Shown here piece by piece: positions 1-12,385 of a DNA stretch of 64,000 bases. The notes under the pieces were generated by a model. It made no database searches. It saw nothing but the letters and a program-made list of their open reading frames with translations, and was not told where the DNA came from. The position numbers and the translations under genes are program-made. How positions within the stretch are numbered: position 1 is the first letter of the stretch; each line of letters starts with the position of its first letter. The DNA is from Psammoneis japonica (Eukaryota), in assembly GCA_008632985.1 (NCBI GenBank), contig QPGO01000019.1:62001-126000 (forward strand). The letters run 5' to 3'.

Positions 1-2097
1 TAATAAACAAGAACCTCCATGCCCACTTTCTAGCAGGTTTTTCTAACTGCAAAAGTTCACACGACAAACCATTTGCAAAAAGAAACAACAAACAATGGAG
101 CTGGCAAACAGAAGCTGTTTGCAATCGCTTTGCGAGGAGGTTGGCACCTTGCCGGGGCCATGACGAGGAGAGGTGCCCCGCCGGACACACACACTTTGGA
201 AAAAAGCATGCCAGAAAACCAGTTTTTGCACACATGTTTTGCTTGCGTGGTTGCCTGGAGCACAAACTGCATTTTTTGCCCAGCATGGTGCCAGCGGCAC
301 AGAGAAGGGAAAAGCGACAGCAGCTTGTGAGGGGGGGGTCATGATCATGAGCCACTTCAAATGGCTTTCTGAAACAAGAATGGCCCGCACCCCGCATTTT
401 CAAGCAAGTTGGCAGCCTGCTTGCAAAACAAGGCAGCTTCTGAACAAGCTTTAGCTGCTTTTTGGGGGCTGATCTGTGCAGCACCCATTTTGAGCAGAGA
501 AAATCTAAAAGTTGTCCATCTCCCCCCTCTCTGCAGCGCGCAAAAACTCTCTCACAATGTGCGCATGCCACACACCAGGCCTGTGCACAGGAGGAGTCAT
601 CAATGAGGGGTTTCAGCAAAAACCATGTTCAGCTTTTGCAGAGCAAACAAAAACTTGGGATTTTTCAAATTCTGCACACATGTTTCTGCCAAATCTGATC
701 AGCCAACAAAATCTGGGGTGCAGATTTTCTGCGACGCAGCACCAAGGCAAAGGCGGGCAGCAAGCAAAGCCAAGTCATCACCAGCACAGGAGAAGAGCTG
801 CTCACCACCAATGGCTGTCACAGCTTCTGGCAATGGCCAAGAAATGGTTTTGTGATGATGACACAAGCACATCTTTTTGTGTGATTTGCAGCCAGCCATC
901 ATCATTTTGCCATTCTCCGGGGGGCTTGAAAGAGGCAACAAAGTCACAGGGCACAGCTGGGCAGTCTTGCCAAGAACAAGGGTTGTGCCACAACTCCCTT
1001 GCCCGCAGCAGCCTCCACAGCAAGTGCTGCAAATTGGCTGGACCCAGCACCTGCTGTTTTGTTTGTGGTCATTGTGGCTGAGCCACAGCCCACTTTGACA
1101 TCATGGGGTTGCAACAGATTTTGTCTTGGAAGAGCATGCTGTTTCCACCCAACAAAAAGTGGACTGTGGCAGCTGCCAGCCCCACAATGCAGGTTTCATG
1201 CTGTTGGTCAAAGAGAGTTGAGAGCTGTGCAATGGATGCTGGGGTTGCAGCCATGAATGTCGTCAGCTCTTGAGGCTTCTTGGAGCATGAGCATTGGCTG
1301 GGATTTGAGAATTTGACAACATCTGGTTGCGATGACACAGCACTGGAAACCACAACAAGCTCATTGATGACAGCTCAAAGAAGCAACCTGCCTTCAAAGA
1401 AGAGCGGCAAGCGACCACACAAGCAGGGTCAAAAGAATGACGTGCCAGTTGTTTGTCAGAACAACCAGGACTTGCCGGTGGCGAACACTGGACTTCTTGC
1501 CACACGGTGCAGGGGGCTCAGGATCTTGGAGCTGTGGTGCAATTGCTGGGCAGTTCACGAACTCTGTGCTCCAGCACCCCGCTTCTGTTCCTGCTGCCGA
1601 AGGTCCCACGGCACAAAGCTGTGCTGGCCATTTGGAAAATTGGGGTGCTGCAGCCAGCGGTCAGGTTGAAAAAGAGCTTGTTTGGAAAGACCTTGATGAC
1701 ATCAAGAATGAGCAGTGACAAGTCCTTGTCCTCACCAGCAAAACCAGGCATTCGAGCTCGACACAAGCAAGGAGAGGAGTCATCCATCGCAGGACTCCCC
1801 AGTGGCTGCAATCCTGTGCAAAATGGGAGCCCAGCAGAGGATGCATCCAGTGAAAGTTCAAGGCCCCTTGTGGCAGAGAAAGATGTGGGAGCATTGCAAC
1901 AATTGATGACTTTAGAGCTGCTGCGGTCTCTCTTGGTCTGCACGAGGTGCAAACACTCAACAAATTGTGCTTGCATCGAACGAACAAGATCGCACGACAC
2001 CAATGAATCAGTGCAAGACCTGTCATGTTTCTTCCATCACTTGAATGATCAAGCTCTTGCCGTTTCTGAGCTAAAAAAAGAGAAACAGAAACTTGCA

Positions 2098-3402
2098 CAA
2101 CTGATGACACTGACGCTTTCGACCAGGTCATTGACGAATCGATCGAGATTGACAACCTCCGCGAGGCGATTCGAAGGGAATGTCCTGGTGCTCTCAAGGA
2201 GCGCCAGGAACAAGGACTTGTGCCGGACCTTCCTGCCGAAATTATCCTTTGTCTTGTGGACGAGAATGTCACCCAGCCAAGCATCAAGGGGGTCATTGTT
2301 GACATTGTGGCGAATCCCCAGCCGGACGTCCAGACTGCCGCGTGGCGCGAGTGCATCCGTGGCAGCTTCTCATGCACCAAAGTTCACTCGTGCATTGCAG
2401 CTTGGTGATTGCCCGAACACCTTGAGCTTGGGCTCAGTGGCAGCCACTGTTTTCTGCCCTTTGACAAGCGTGCATGGAATCGGTTCATTGGGCTGTCGGA
2501 GGATCCTCGTCGCTTTTGTCACGACTTTGCGTTGGGTTGGACCGCTTGCGATGGATCCATTTGCAACACACAGCCACTGATGAGAGTCAATGTATCACGG
2601 CGACGTGTTGCAGCCTTTAAATGTCACAAAGGGCGTGACAAAAACAACCTTTTGTCTGCATGCATGCTGCATCATGAATTCACAGCGGAGTGGTACATCG
2701 TGACCACTGGGCAGGAGGCCAGGGGTTCGAAACCCTGAGTGGGAGTTGTCTGCAGCAACGTTGATCACTGTCGAACGCGTAAAACTCTGTGCAGTTCTGC
2801 ACGTTCCTTCGTACGAACCCACACTGTTCCGCCAAAACCGTGCAGTGTCAGCACACGTTAGTAAAGAGCCGCATGGACGCGTGGTGCATGGGGAGGAGTG
2901 CAGTGCACAGCTGCTGACAAGAGCCAATGTGTCACGGCGACGTGTTGCAGCCTTTAAATGTCACAAAGGGCGTGACAAAAATGACCTTTTGTCTGCATGC
3001 ATGCTGCACATTGTTTGCAAGAGCAAGTTTGAAATCAATGTTCTCTGCGACGAGCGCTGGGTGTCCGTCAAGAACATGTTCAACAAGGCCTGCGACGACT
3101 GCTTTGGGATCAAGCCAAATGAATTTACCCAACTGAGCAGGGTCGAAGGTGGCAAGAGCATCACCACGTTGACGGTTCACAGCAAGCAGGACAAGCAAAT
3201 CCTTGGTCAGGCCCTTCTTCCTGTGGTTGGCGAACCAATGCTGCACTCGGCTGATGGAACCTGCCCCGAGCACAAGCGCTGCGTGAGCCGCCAGCGGATG
3301 AAGGATCTCCAGTTGACGGCGGCGATTGAAGACGATGGGTCCTTCACCTCGTCAGCCAACAAGGAGAATGTTGTGCCGCACGTGTGCAAACACCTGCTGT
3401 GA
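2098..3402 (+). pseudogene. TpA-mutated paralog of the 3' part of the gene at 16279-17987, interrupted by a small insertion
   Basis: Aligns to about 17155-17987 (DESIEIDNLREAIR, SEDPRRF, QALLP.VGEPML, ENV). Tyr codons read as Cys/His (EY>EC, FYYDF>FCHDF, AYDGS>ACDGS), and there is a TGA in place of TGG. Confidence 0.9.
2564..3013. mobile_element. 450-bp non-autonomous element with ~105-bp terminal direct repeats and an internal tRNA-like segment
   Basis: Direct repeats at about 2567-2671 and 2904-3008. Flanked by duplicated TTTG(CAA) at 2560 and 3014. Removing it restores the host reading frame (GSI-C-KSKFEI). Confidence 0.75.
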
Positions 3403-3942
3403 GCTGAAGCAACAAGCGATTGGGGCAAGAGAATGAAAAGACAATGCTGTGGAGGTTGGATCACGTGACGGTTGACTCGCCGACTTTGTGGGCAGTGCAA
3501 CGCACATGCAACAGCATTGTGGCATGACTGCATCTGGTTTGTTGCAGTTTTGCAAACTTGTGTGGCACAACGGATTCATCCCACAATTCAGCACAAGACA
3601 ACCCAGCAGTCTAGAGTGGTCGTCGAGGCTCCCCACAGCATGGAATGCTGAATGCAGGCACCAACTGATTCCACACTCTCTGGCAGCAAAGCTCAATCTT
3701 GTTGTGAAATTGAAAGGAACTGTGTGTCGCCAGCAAGCAAACTGAAACATGACAACTCTGCGTTTTTTGTGGTCAAATTCAAAACGGTTGATTCATGCAG
3801 CAGAAAGTGCTCGAATGACCAGGCGCAGGCATGTGCGCCAGCACGTTTCTCCACACTGATGAGAAATCACAACAAACAATGAGGAGACACATCCAAGAGA
3901 CAAGCAGGCAACACATCATTTTGCCCTGGCTTCTCGTGTTAA

Positions 3943-4403
3943 GGTGGTGCGGGTGCAAAAGTGGGCCAGATTCTGCGCACGTAGAGATCAGCATGTTTTC
4001 CGCCAAAGTTGGTTCGCCAACTTGAGCCCTCTCCCGGATGATGGAAACTTGGACATTTCACATGACAAAGTGCTTTGACTGCTTGGTTGCACTCCCCTCG
4101 ACTTGTTTGGGGAGAGAAGTTGCAAGTTTTCACAGGTTTCTGAGAACATGCAACGAATCTAATCAGAAAGGTGCCAAAATCGTGACGTTCAAGTTTCAAA
4201 GAGCCGTGCAAAATGAGAAACCTGTGGAAACTTGCAACTTCTCTTAACAAACAAGTCGAGTGGAGTGTAACCAAGTTGTTTGAACACTTTGTCATGTGAA
4301 ATGTCCAAGTTTCCATCGTCCAGGAGAGCTTTGGCGATTTGCGCAGAAAATGTGCTGAGCTCTGCGCACGTAGAATCTGGCCCACTTTTGCACCCGCACC
4401 ACC
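3943..4403. mobile_element. Fold-back MITE with TTAA target duplication (Kolobok-like termini)
   Basis: TIR GGTGGTGCGGGTGCAAAAGTGGG at both ends, TTAA at 3939-3942 and 4404-4407, and a further internal inverted repeat at about 4036-4141 / 4216-4321. Confidence 0.85.
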
Positions 4404-4904
4404 TTAAATGAAACAGCGCAAAACACAGCATGAGACACCAACAAGCAACGCCCCACGTCACAGTTTTCTCAAAAAATGTCATTCATTGCTCAAGGGGATG
4501 TGGCTGGGACAACTCGACATCACGCAGAAAAGACTCTTCTCCCTGTTTGTAAGAGCAACATTCTCATGTCACATCAGACATTGTCTTGTTTGAGGAATGA
4601 ATGACATTTCTGCAGTGTCATGTCAAAATGGACATGACTTCATTTAGAGAAAAAAAACCATTTTTACAGTGTGGATTTACTTGCGTCACCTCATGCATGG
4701 CAAGGTGACGCAAGCAAATGACACTGCATCACCTGCCCACAAATGTCATTTCTGCAAAAACAATGTCTGGCCACACTGAGTGCAGGAGTGCACCAGTTTT
4801 GAGGCAGAGGATGCAAGCTTTGGTGCATGAGCCAAGTGCTTGTTGTGCATGATGGATGAAGAGTGTGGTGATGCCATTTCAAAGTTCAGTGCTGATTGAG
4901 AGAA

Positions 4905-5273
4905 AAGAAATGGACAACAAGATCTGAGCTTGGTGCAATGGCCAAGGCAACCCCGCCAAGCACGAGCATCAGCAAGAGCAAGGAAGGTGACAAAGGATGC
5001 AACAAACCTTGAGCACAAGAAAAGCTGTCAGCTTTGCTCTTCATGCTGAACAAGATCCCAGCTTGGTGCAATGGCCAAGGCAACCCTGCCCAGCACAAGT
5101 CAGTGAACAACAAGGTGACAAAGGATGCAACAAACCTTGAGCACAAGGAAAAAGCTGTCAGCTTTGCTCTTCATGTCGAACAAGACCCCAGCTTGGTGCA
5201 ACAGCCAAGGCAACTCCGCCAAGCACAAGTCAGTGAAGGAGGTGACAAAGGATGCAACAAACCTTGAGCACAA
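4905..5273. repeat. ~128-bp tandem repeat (about 3 units), continuing at 12386-12505 after the copia insertion
   Basis: Repeated unit aaagctgtcagctttgctcttcatg...ggtgacaaaggatgcaacaaaccttgagcacaa. Confidence 0.85.
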
Positions 5274-5549
5274 TGACAGAAAATGAAGGCAAATGGCAAG
5301 AACTCAAACAACAACTCCTTGCTGCTGTCTAAACAGCAGATGAGTCTCTGCTCAGAAACCGTTGCAGGAGCCGAAAGACGTGCAAGTCGGTGCAATCGGG
5401 CCACTGTCATCATTCTTGTGAGCCTTGTGGCTCGAAAGCAAACTACATCGCATGCGAACGCGCGGAACTAAAGCACACAAAACTGTGTGCGGCAAACTAA
5501 ACAGCGCGCGATGTTTTGCGCGCACCCAAATCCTGTTCAAATCCTGTCA
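5274..5549 (-). repeat. 3' LTR
   Basis: Direct repeat of 12110-12385 with TG...CA ends. Confidence 0.95.
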
Positions 5550-8500
5550 CTCCCCAGTTTGCTTGAGGAGTCACAGAAACAGATTCGACTTCGGATGGAA
5601 TGAAGTTCCAGAACATGAGGGGGCGGAGAAGGTCCCAGATTTGGGAGTGACCCCAATGCTTGCTGAGAATGTCAGCAGGGTTGCGGGAGCCTTCGATGAA
5701 GTGGAACTCAAGGTGACCAGAGGCAATTGCCTCACGCACACGGTGGAACGACAGTGCGGTGTGTCGCTTGTGTAACTTGGAGTGCGGGATGGTGGCACTG
5801 TCTACAACCGACTTGTTGTCACCGAACATGTAACTGACATTGCGGATCGGGACGCCAAGGTGGCACAGGGTGATGCGCAGGTCAACAATCTGCTTGACAC
5901 AAGTCCTTGCGGCAACAAATTCAGACCCGCAGGTCGCAGTCTCCACGGTGGCTTGCTTCTTAGAGAACCAATCAGCCGGGAATTTGTTGAGGAAGTGGAG
6001 CATTCCCATGACAGAGCGTCCGGTGAGCATGCAATGGTGCAAGTTTGCATCAACGTAGTGGGTGGCAGTGATGAACTTGCCAAGGGGCAGTGGAGCGTCC
6101 TTCGGGATCATCTCTTCTGCTTCGCCGCACACGGAATGCATCCATTCACAGGCCGGAGCAGGGAGATCCGAACAGTCGGGCTCTTCCGTGCGAACGCGGA
6201 GAGCGCCGTGTCGCATCTTGGAGAGGTGCCCACAGACGCGTTTGGCACGATCCAAGTGGCCTTGACGGGGTGCAGCTCGGAAGCTAGAGAGTGACATGAC
6301 GGCCGTGGCAATGTCAATTCGACCAAGGGACACTGCCCATTGGAGTGAGCCAACAAGAGACTGGAACTTGTGAATGCCATCGGGCTCCAGCAGTTCGGAA
6401 GTGTCCAGTTCGGGGTGGTCACCCTTCTCCAGAGGTGACAGGGCGTTGGTGGTGGGTTTCTCCCCAAACAGTCGGGTGCAGCTGTCGACCATGCGCTCGA
6501 TGCACTTGCGCGGAGACAGGCACAAGGTGCCGTCGGGATCCCGGGAAAAGTCGCAACCCAGATGGAACTCAATGGGTCCCGCACCCTTGAGCTTGAACTT
6601 GCACTTTTCCGTGAGAGTGTCGACGAAAGATTGAGGGTCCTTCGTGGCAATGGCGAGGTCATCCACATAAACGGCAATGCATTCACAGTGGTCGCCGTTC
6701 CTGCGCATCCAAATGTTGGGTTCGGCGCGGCAGGAGAAGAAGCCTTCAGCTCGCAGGCAGTCGGCGAAGCGCTCGTGCCAGCGGAGACCGGAGCTGCGCA
6801 GTCCACACAGGGCCTTGTGGATGACAAGGATGTGTCCTTCGAGTTTGCCAAATTTGGGTCCGGCTGCAATGTAGAGCTTCTCCTTGGTGGTGGCTTCAAG
6901 GCAGGCATTGCCAATGTCGGTGGCCCATGTCTCCAACTCGTTGAGTTCGGCCAGGAAAATCATCAGCCGAAGGCCACAGAGGGAGACCACTCCGGAGTGG
7001 ACACTGTCGATGGGTACGTCCGTGAGGTGCCCATCGGCTGCGAGTCGTGCCTTGTGGCGACCGTTGTGTTTCACGTCGAACACCAGGTGCACTCAGATCT
7101 TCTTGTGTCCAGCAGGAGGAGTGGAAGACTCGAAGGGCCCGCAGTCATGGAAGACTTCGTATTCCCCGAGTTGGTCCATCTCGAGATTAGTTGCGTCTCC
7201 CCATTTGCGGTTGCCGTTGCGTTCGTCCAGTGACATGGCGTGTTTGCAGTTCCGGGGAACTTCGCATCCGTGCTTGCAGCGAGGTGCAGTGCGGAAGGAG
7301 CGAAGCTTGGCTTGGTTGGCCATGCGAAACAGCTTCTTCTGGCGCCTCGCGATGGCGCGGAACCGCTTCCAGCCATCAGTGTCGAGAAGTCCGTTCTCTC
7401 GTGCATGGATGGCGCAGGTGACGGGGTCATCCTTGGCGATGATGGCAAGAGGCTCGGACGTGATCTCCCCACTTTCCCATTCAAGCATGATGTTGTAGCT
7501 TGAGCCTTTCCAGGTTGGGTCATGAGGCTTCAGAGGTCCTTCGTGTGACACGATGCGTCGGAATTTCCAAACAGCAGCGTCTTCGTCTTCTTGCTCAATG
7601 TGATTCATGATGTCGTTGCAGGCAAGGACTTCCTCGCATTCGTCATTGTTGACAGAGCAGACGAACTCAGTGAGCTCGGGATTGCCGTTCACTTTCCATT
7701 CGTGGTCTTCGACGGCCTTGACGATGCGAGCTCTGTGGCGTTGTCCGTCCTCTTGTGGCTGCATGAGGAAGGTGCGTCCGATGATGTCTTGCGGATCGAA
7801 AACTGGCATCTTGGGTGTCCTGATCTCCCCATCAGGAGAATCGATGGGGTTGTCGTCATGGCGAGATTTGATGATGGGTTCAGGTGGCTCCCCATCAGGA
7901 GGATCAAGACGCAGGTTTCGAACGGCAGGATCGGTGGCAGCGGATCGTACATTGGACCGGCAGAGGATCTTCTGAGTCTCATCAGAGAGAATCTTGAAGG
8001 GCATCTGGTGGCCGACATGCTCAGCAATGCCAACAAAGCGTCCACGCAACTCACGGGATTCGGACGGCCAATCAGAGTCATCGAGGTGGAAGCACACGGG
8101 TTCCCACCAGTGAAAGCGAAGCAATGGGCTGATGTCCGGGGTGGAGCCAGTGAGAGTCTCGAGGGGCGTGCGCCAGTGGAGACGTGGGGATGCTGTGTGG
8201 TTGAGTGTGAAGCACACGCACATGAGCGCCAGCAGCCATGTGTGGGCAGGCGAACTGAAATGATCCATGACAGTGTTCGCCATGCGCTTCACGGTCTGGT
8301 GTCGACGCTCGGCAAAGTTTTGGTGTTGCTGGTGAGGCTCACTTTGCCAGCTGGAGATGAAGAGGGCTCGTAGAATCCCGAGCACCTTGTTGCTGATCTC
8401 AACTTGAGCACGGTTGCCAATGAGTTTGGATGGGGCACCACGCTCACGGATCTGATCCTCGAGTGTGTTGACAAACTCCTTGTCCGTCTTGGTGCGCAGA

Positions 8501-11170
8501 CGTCAGTGACGGTAGACTCGGTGCCAACAAACAGTTGGGCGCTGGTGCAACCAGAGTCGACGGCCGGAGTGTCGGCATGAACGGCGTCAGTGGCGATGGG
8601 CTCGTTGCGGCGGTGCACATTGAGGGCGGGGTTGGGTGATTTGTGGGCCTTCCCAAGGTGTGCACCGGCGGGCATGCGGGCGTGCTGCGTGGTGCAGTCA
8701 AAAGTACGACGGACCGCATCGGCAGGTGGGAAGCCAAAGCAAGGCCGAAGAGACTCGAAGGGGGGGTCCTTGGGTTGCACAGTGCGCTCCGGGGGCGGGA
8801 CGTCGTCGTCCTTGGGGTCAATCGCGTGTAGATGACACTCGTAGAACACGTCGTCGTTCGGAATGAGGTGATCATCGAGGGCTGACGCGTGATCGGCAGA
8901 CAAGGAAGCGGACATGATGGTCTCGTTGACAACGACACGATGACGGCAGTTGCCGCATTCGTCAAACAGGTTGGCAGTGGGATCGTCCTGCAGGTCAGAG
9001 ATCGCGTCGCACCACTGGTCGTCGTCAGTGACAGAGTGATCGAGGACGGAAGGATCCCATGTGTCATCACCGGTGAGGGTGACATGGGGCAGGGTGTCCC
9101 ATTCGGCGTCAGTGTGAGGTCGCACAGCAACACAAGGCAGGCCGCCCTTGATGTCAATGGGGGTGACACAGCCATCAGGGGTGGCAATGCGTTGCAAGCC
9201 GTTGGGCACCTTGACAGAGCGATCGTTGACATCCTGTTTGCACCATTCGAGCTGGCCGCAGGAATGGATGGTCTTGCCCTTGCCCGTGCATGCGCACTGA
9301 TGGAGGATGGTGATGATGGGACCACGCTGGGTCTCAATGACGGCACCAGCGGTGACAATGGGGATGTCCACCAATTGATGGTCGTCAATGCCCTGAACGT
9401 CGACTTGGCGAGAGGTGCGTGCAATGACGCGAATGTCGTCGCCAGCAATGCCGCCGCCATTGGCCCCACGATTGACTGGAGCACCAGCGCGTGTGGAGCG
9501 ATGAGCAGAGGCAGAGCAAATGACATTGTGATTGTCAACGCGGCGGCAGGTGTGGCCGTTAAGTTCCATGTCATCGGTGGGAGCTGGCGGAGTAGAGGGA
9601 GCGGCGGATGGCCCCGGTCGACTAGCGTTGGGGGCTTGGTTGGGAGACAACAGACGTCGCAGATCACCGGGTGGCAGTGGCTTGCGCTTGGTGAGGTGCG
9701 CCAGGATGGGATTATCTGAAGTGGCACCCACATTTGGAGCGGGGTCACCAGAGGCAGCAGGAGTCGTGTTGGACAAGTTGACATCACCGTCACTCCCAAG
9801 GCGTTGGTCGTGAAGGTTGGCCGTGATGGACTCATGGCAGTTGCTGGCTCATGGGTTGCGGGGAGGCGGACGAGAATGCCCAAGGATGATCGCCTTGGAG
9901 GAATGGGGCAACGAATCCCAAATCCGTTGGTGGTCGGGAGGGAGACGTTTCCATTGGTCACCGGTGAGGCTGGGACCACGGGTGCAGGCAGCATTGGCCT
10001 GAAGGACGTCAATGTCGCTGTCAATGTCGTAGAACACATCATCGGACGGTTCCTCGGAGCAGACGTCGTGTGCGTGTGTGGCGCGTCGGGGAGCTCGAGG
10101 TGTCGTCTTGGGTTGAAACGTGCTGTCGCATTGAGCTGCCATGGAGCGGAGCAAGCCACAGCATTGATTGCATGTGAGGCTCTTGCCACTCTGCGCACGA
10201 TGCTGATCAGCTTGGTTCTTGACAGCACGGAGTTCCTCGACAGGGTGTGCGGCATTCTCGAGCATGACGCGCTTCTGTCCTTCAGAGAAGTGGTCGCTGG
10301 CCGGGATGAGTGCCTCGCACTTGCGCAACTGATCTTGCCAATGAAGGATGAACCCGTGGGTCAGACCTTTCCAAGCACCATCACCAAGACGTGCAGCGGT
10401 GAGGTGCGTGAGCAAGGTGGAGGACTCGACAGATGTGCGGGTGGAGGCAAGTGCATGCTCAGACAAGGCACGGTGGACAGTCTGGGCGTCAGAAGACCCC
10501 ACATTTTCGCGGATGAGAGCCTTGCCCTTGTCGGTGAGAAGGATGCATTCGAAGACGGCGAACATGTGCTTTTGCTGTTCAGCAAAGAGCAGTTTGTCTT
10601 CGGGGCTGGTCGGTTTGTACGACGAGTCTAGAATGCACTCGACGTCTTGGGCACGGGCTTGTGCCACAAGTGAGGTGTGCCAAGTGCACCACTGCTTGTC
10701 GGATTTGAGAGCCGTGAAAGCGGTGGGATCACGCTTGATGCCTCGCTTGTAGTCTCGCACCGGGTCGCGTGCCTTGGTCGGGTTGGTGACATGCGGAGGT
10801 GCGAGGGGTGAGCTGCCGATGGACACAGAAGACATGCAGTCGGGGCTGAGGCGGCAGGCAAGGAACTCGTCATGCATGAACAACGAGGAGTCATTGGCAA
10901 CGTCAAGACCTTCGTGTGCTTTGACAATGTGCAGACCAACTAGAGCTGCTAACATGTTCTCATAACCGCGGGGCAAAGGGATCACATCAGTGCCGTTGTC
11001 GTGCTCAAGCGAGTCAATTTTTGGGATGGCATGAACGTGAACAGTTCTTGATGCGAGTCCGTGCCGTCTTGGGCCAAAGCCAAACGAAGAGGGCTCCCAG
11101 CACCTTGGGCAAGCACGGTTCCAACAACGTGCTCGAAACCATCGGTTTGTTGCTGACGAGTGAGAACCAT
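5550..11170 (-). pseudogene. Copia gag-pol polyprotein, disrupted
   Basis: Gag (YKRGIKRDP), protease-like NRGANGG, integrase (SEPHQQHQNFAERR), RT (IAVYVDDL) and RNase H (YVDANL, GSEFVAA, GDNKSV, NPADILSK). Split across several ORFs by frameshifts and a stop. Confidence 0.93.
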
Positions 11171-12109
11171 GGCAGACAAAAGTGGTGTCAGGACAAGCAA
11201 TTCTTGTTGGGAAGCGAAGGCAGACTTGAAACTTGGGTGAGAATGGGCTTGACTTGAAATGGACTTGACTTGAAATCTTGAACTGCCTCAAAATCAGAAG
11301 TCGCCGGGCTGCACTGTCCCGTTCGTTGTCAAGTGCTAAACTTCCCATCCGGTCCGTAGAGTTGTGCCGGCACGTCCGAACCTGCAGCCAGTGGCGCTTT
11401 GGGTTGCTTGCGAGCGGAGCAGCGGGTTGTAAACCCCTGCAGGTGAGCTGACCAGAGGTGGACAAGACCCCCGAACCGTTCTCATTTTGTGTTGGTTGGA
11501 TTTCCCGATCAGGCTGGCCAGTTGACGCAGGCGTTGGGCGCTGCGGACGAATGAACAAACACGGGAAAACACCCTCGCCCCAACGCAGGCTGCAATCACG
11601 GTTGCTTGCTCTCACAGTCGTCCTCGTGGACCTGGTGGAACTGTGGAGCACCAGCAGTCCGGGGCAGATCAGGTGCAATGGACTTGGTGTGCTTGCAGAG
11701 TGGCAGCAAAACCGCAGTCCGAAGAGTGGGCACAAGTTCTTGGCCGTGAAGATGTGCACATGTGTGCATGTCTTCAGCGACGAAGATCCTTGAATGTGTG
11801 GGGTTCTTGACCGTCAACCATTGAACGGGTGTGTCAAGGGATGAGGATCAAGGACAGACTTGGATGTGACCGTTGAATGCATGTCTTCAGCAATCAAAGG
11901 CAGCACAATCAATCCAGACATCCAGCGGCAAGGAGACTTGACGGTGACGTTAACTTCCTGCCGATGCCCTGGTGTTGAATGCACGCAGACTTGCCGATGT
12001 GCGTAGAACATGTGCGGAGGTCCACGCAGAATTGACACAGCATCGTCGGTAAATCAATGACGACGATGGCGGTTGCTCAATGGGTTGACAATGAGCAAGA
12101 CTGTTAATC

Positions 12110-12385
12110 TGACAGAAAATGAAGGCAAGTGGCAAGAATTCAAACAACAACTCCTTGCTGCTGTCTAAATGGCAGATGAGTCTCCGCTCAGAGACCGTCA
12201 CAGGAGCCGAAAGACGTGCAAGTCGGTGCAATCGGGCCACTGTCATTGTTCTTGTGTGCCTTGTGGCTCGAAAGCAAACTGCATCACGCGCGAATGCGCG
12301 GAACTAAAGCACACAAAACTGTGCGCGGTAAACCAAACAGCGCGCGACATTTCGCGCGCACCCAAATCCTGTTCAAATCCTGTCA
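12110..12385 (-). repeat. 5' LTR
   Basis: Direct repeat of 5274-5549. Confidence 0.95.

Larger units (their letters stand above)
5274..12385 (-). mobile_element. Full-length Ty1/copia LTR retrotransposon (CoDi-like), TpA-hypermutated
   Basis: Two 276-bp TGACAG...CTGTCA LTRs, 5-bp TSD CACAA (5269-5273 and 12386-12390), PPT GGGGAG next to the 3' LTR, and gag-PR-IN-RT-RH order. Confidence 0.97.

Noticed and set aside
43..2580. Many long overlapping ORFs rich in Cys/His/Gln and lacking Tyr (also 8444..10255, 21520..22365, 62033..62776)
   Set aside because: Loss of TpA removes TAA/TAG stops in all six frames, so these ORFs are artefacts of the mutation, not genes.
5550..11170. Alternative genetic code (Tyr reassignment)
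   Set aside because: Neighbouring genes use TAY normally at conserved Tyr, and the same change hits non-coding MITEs and LTRs.
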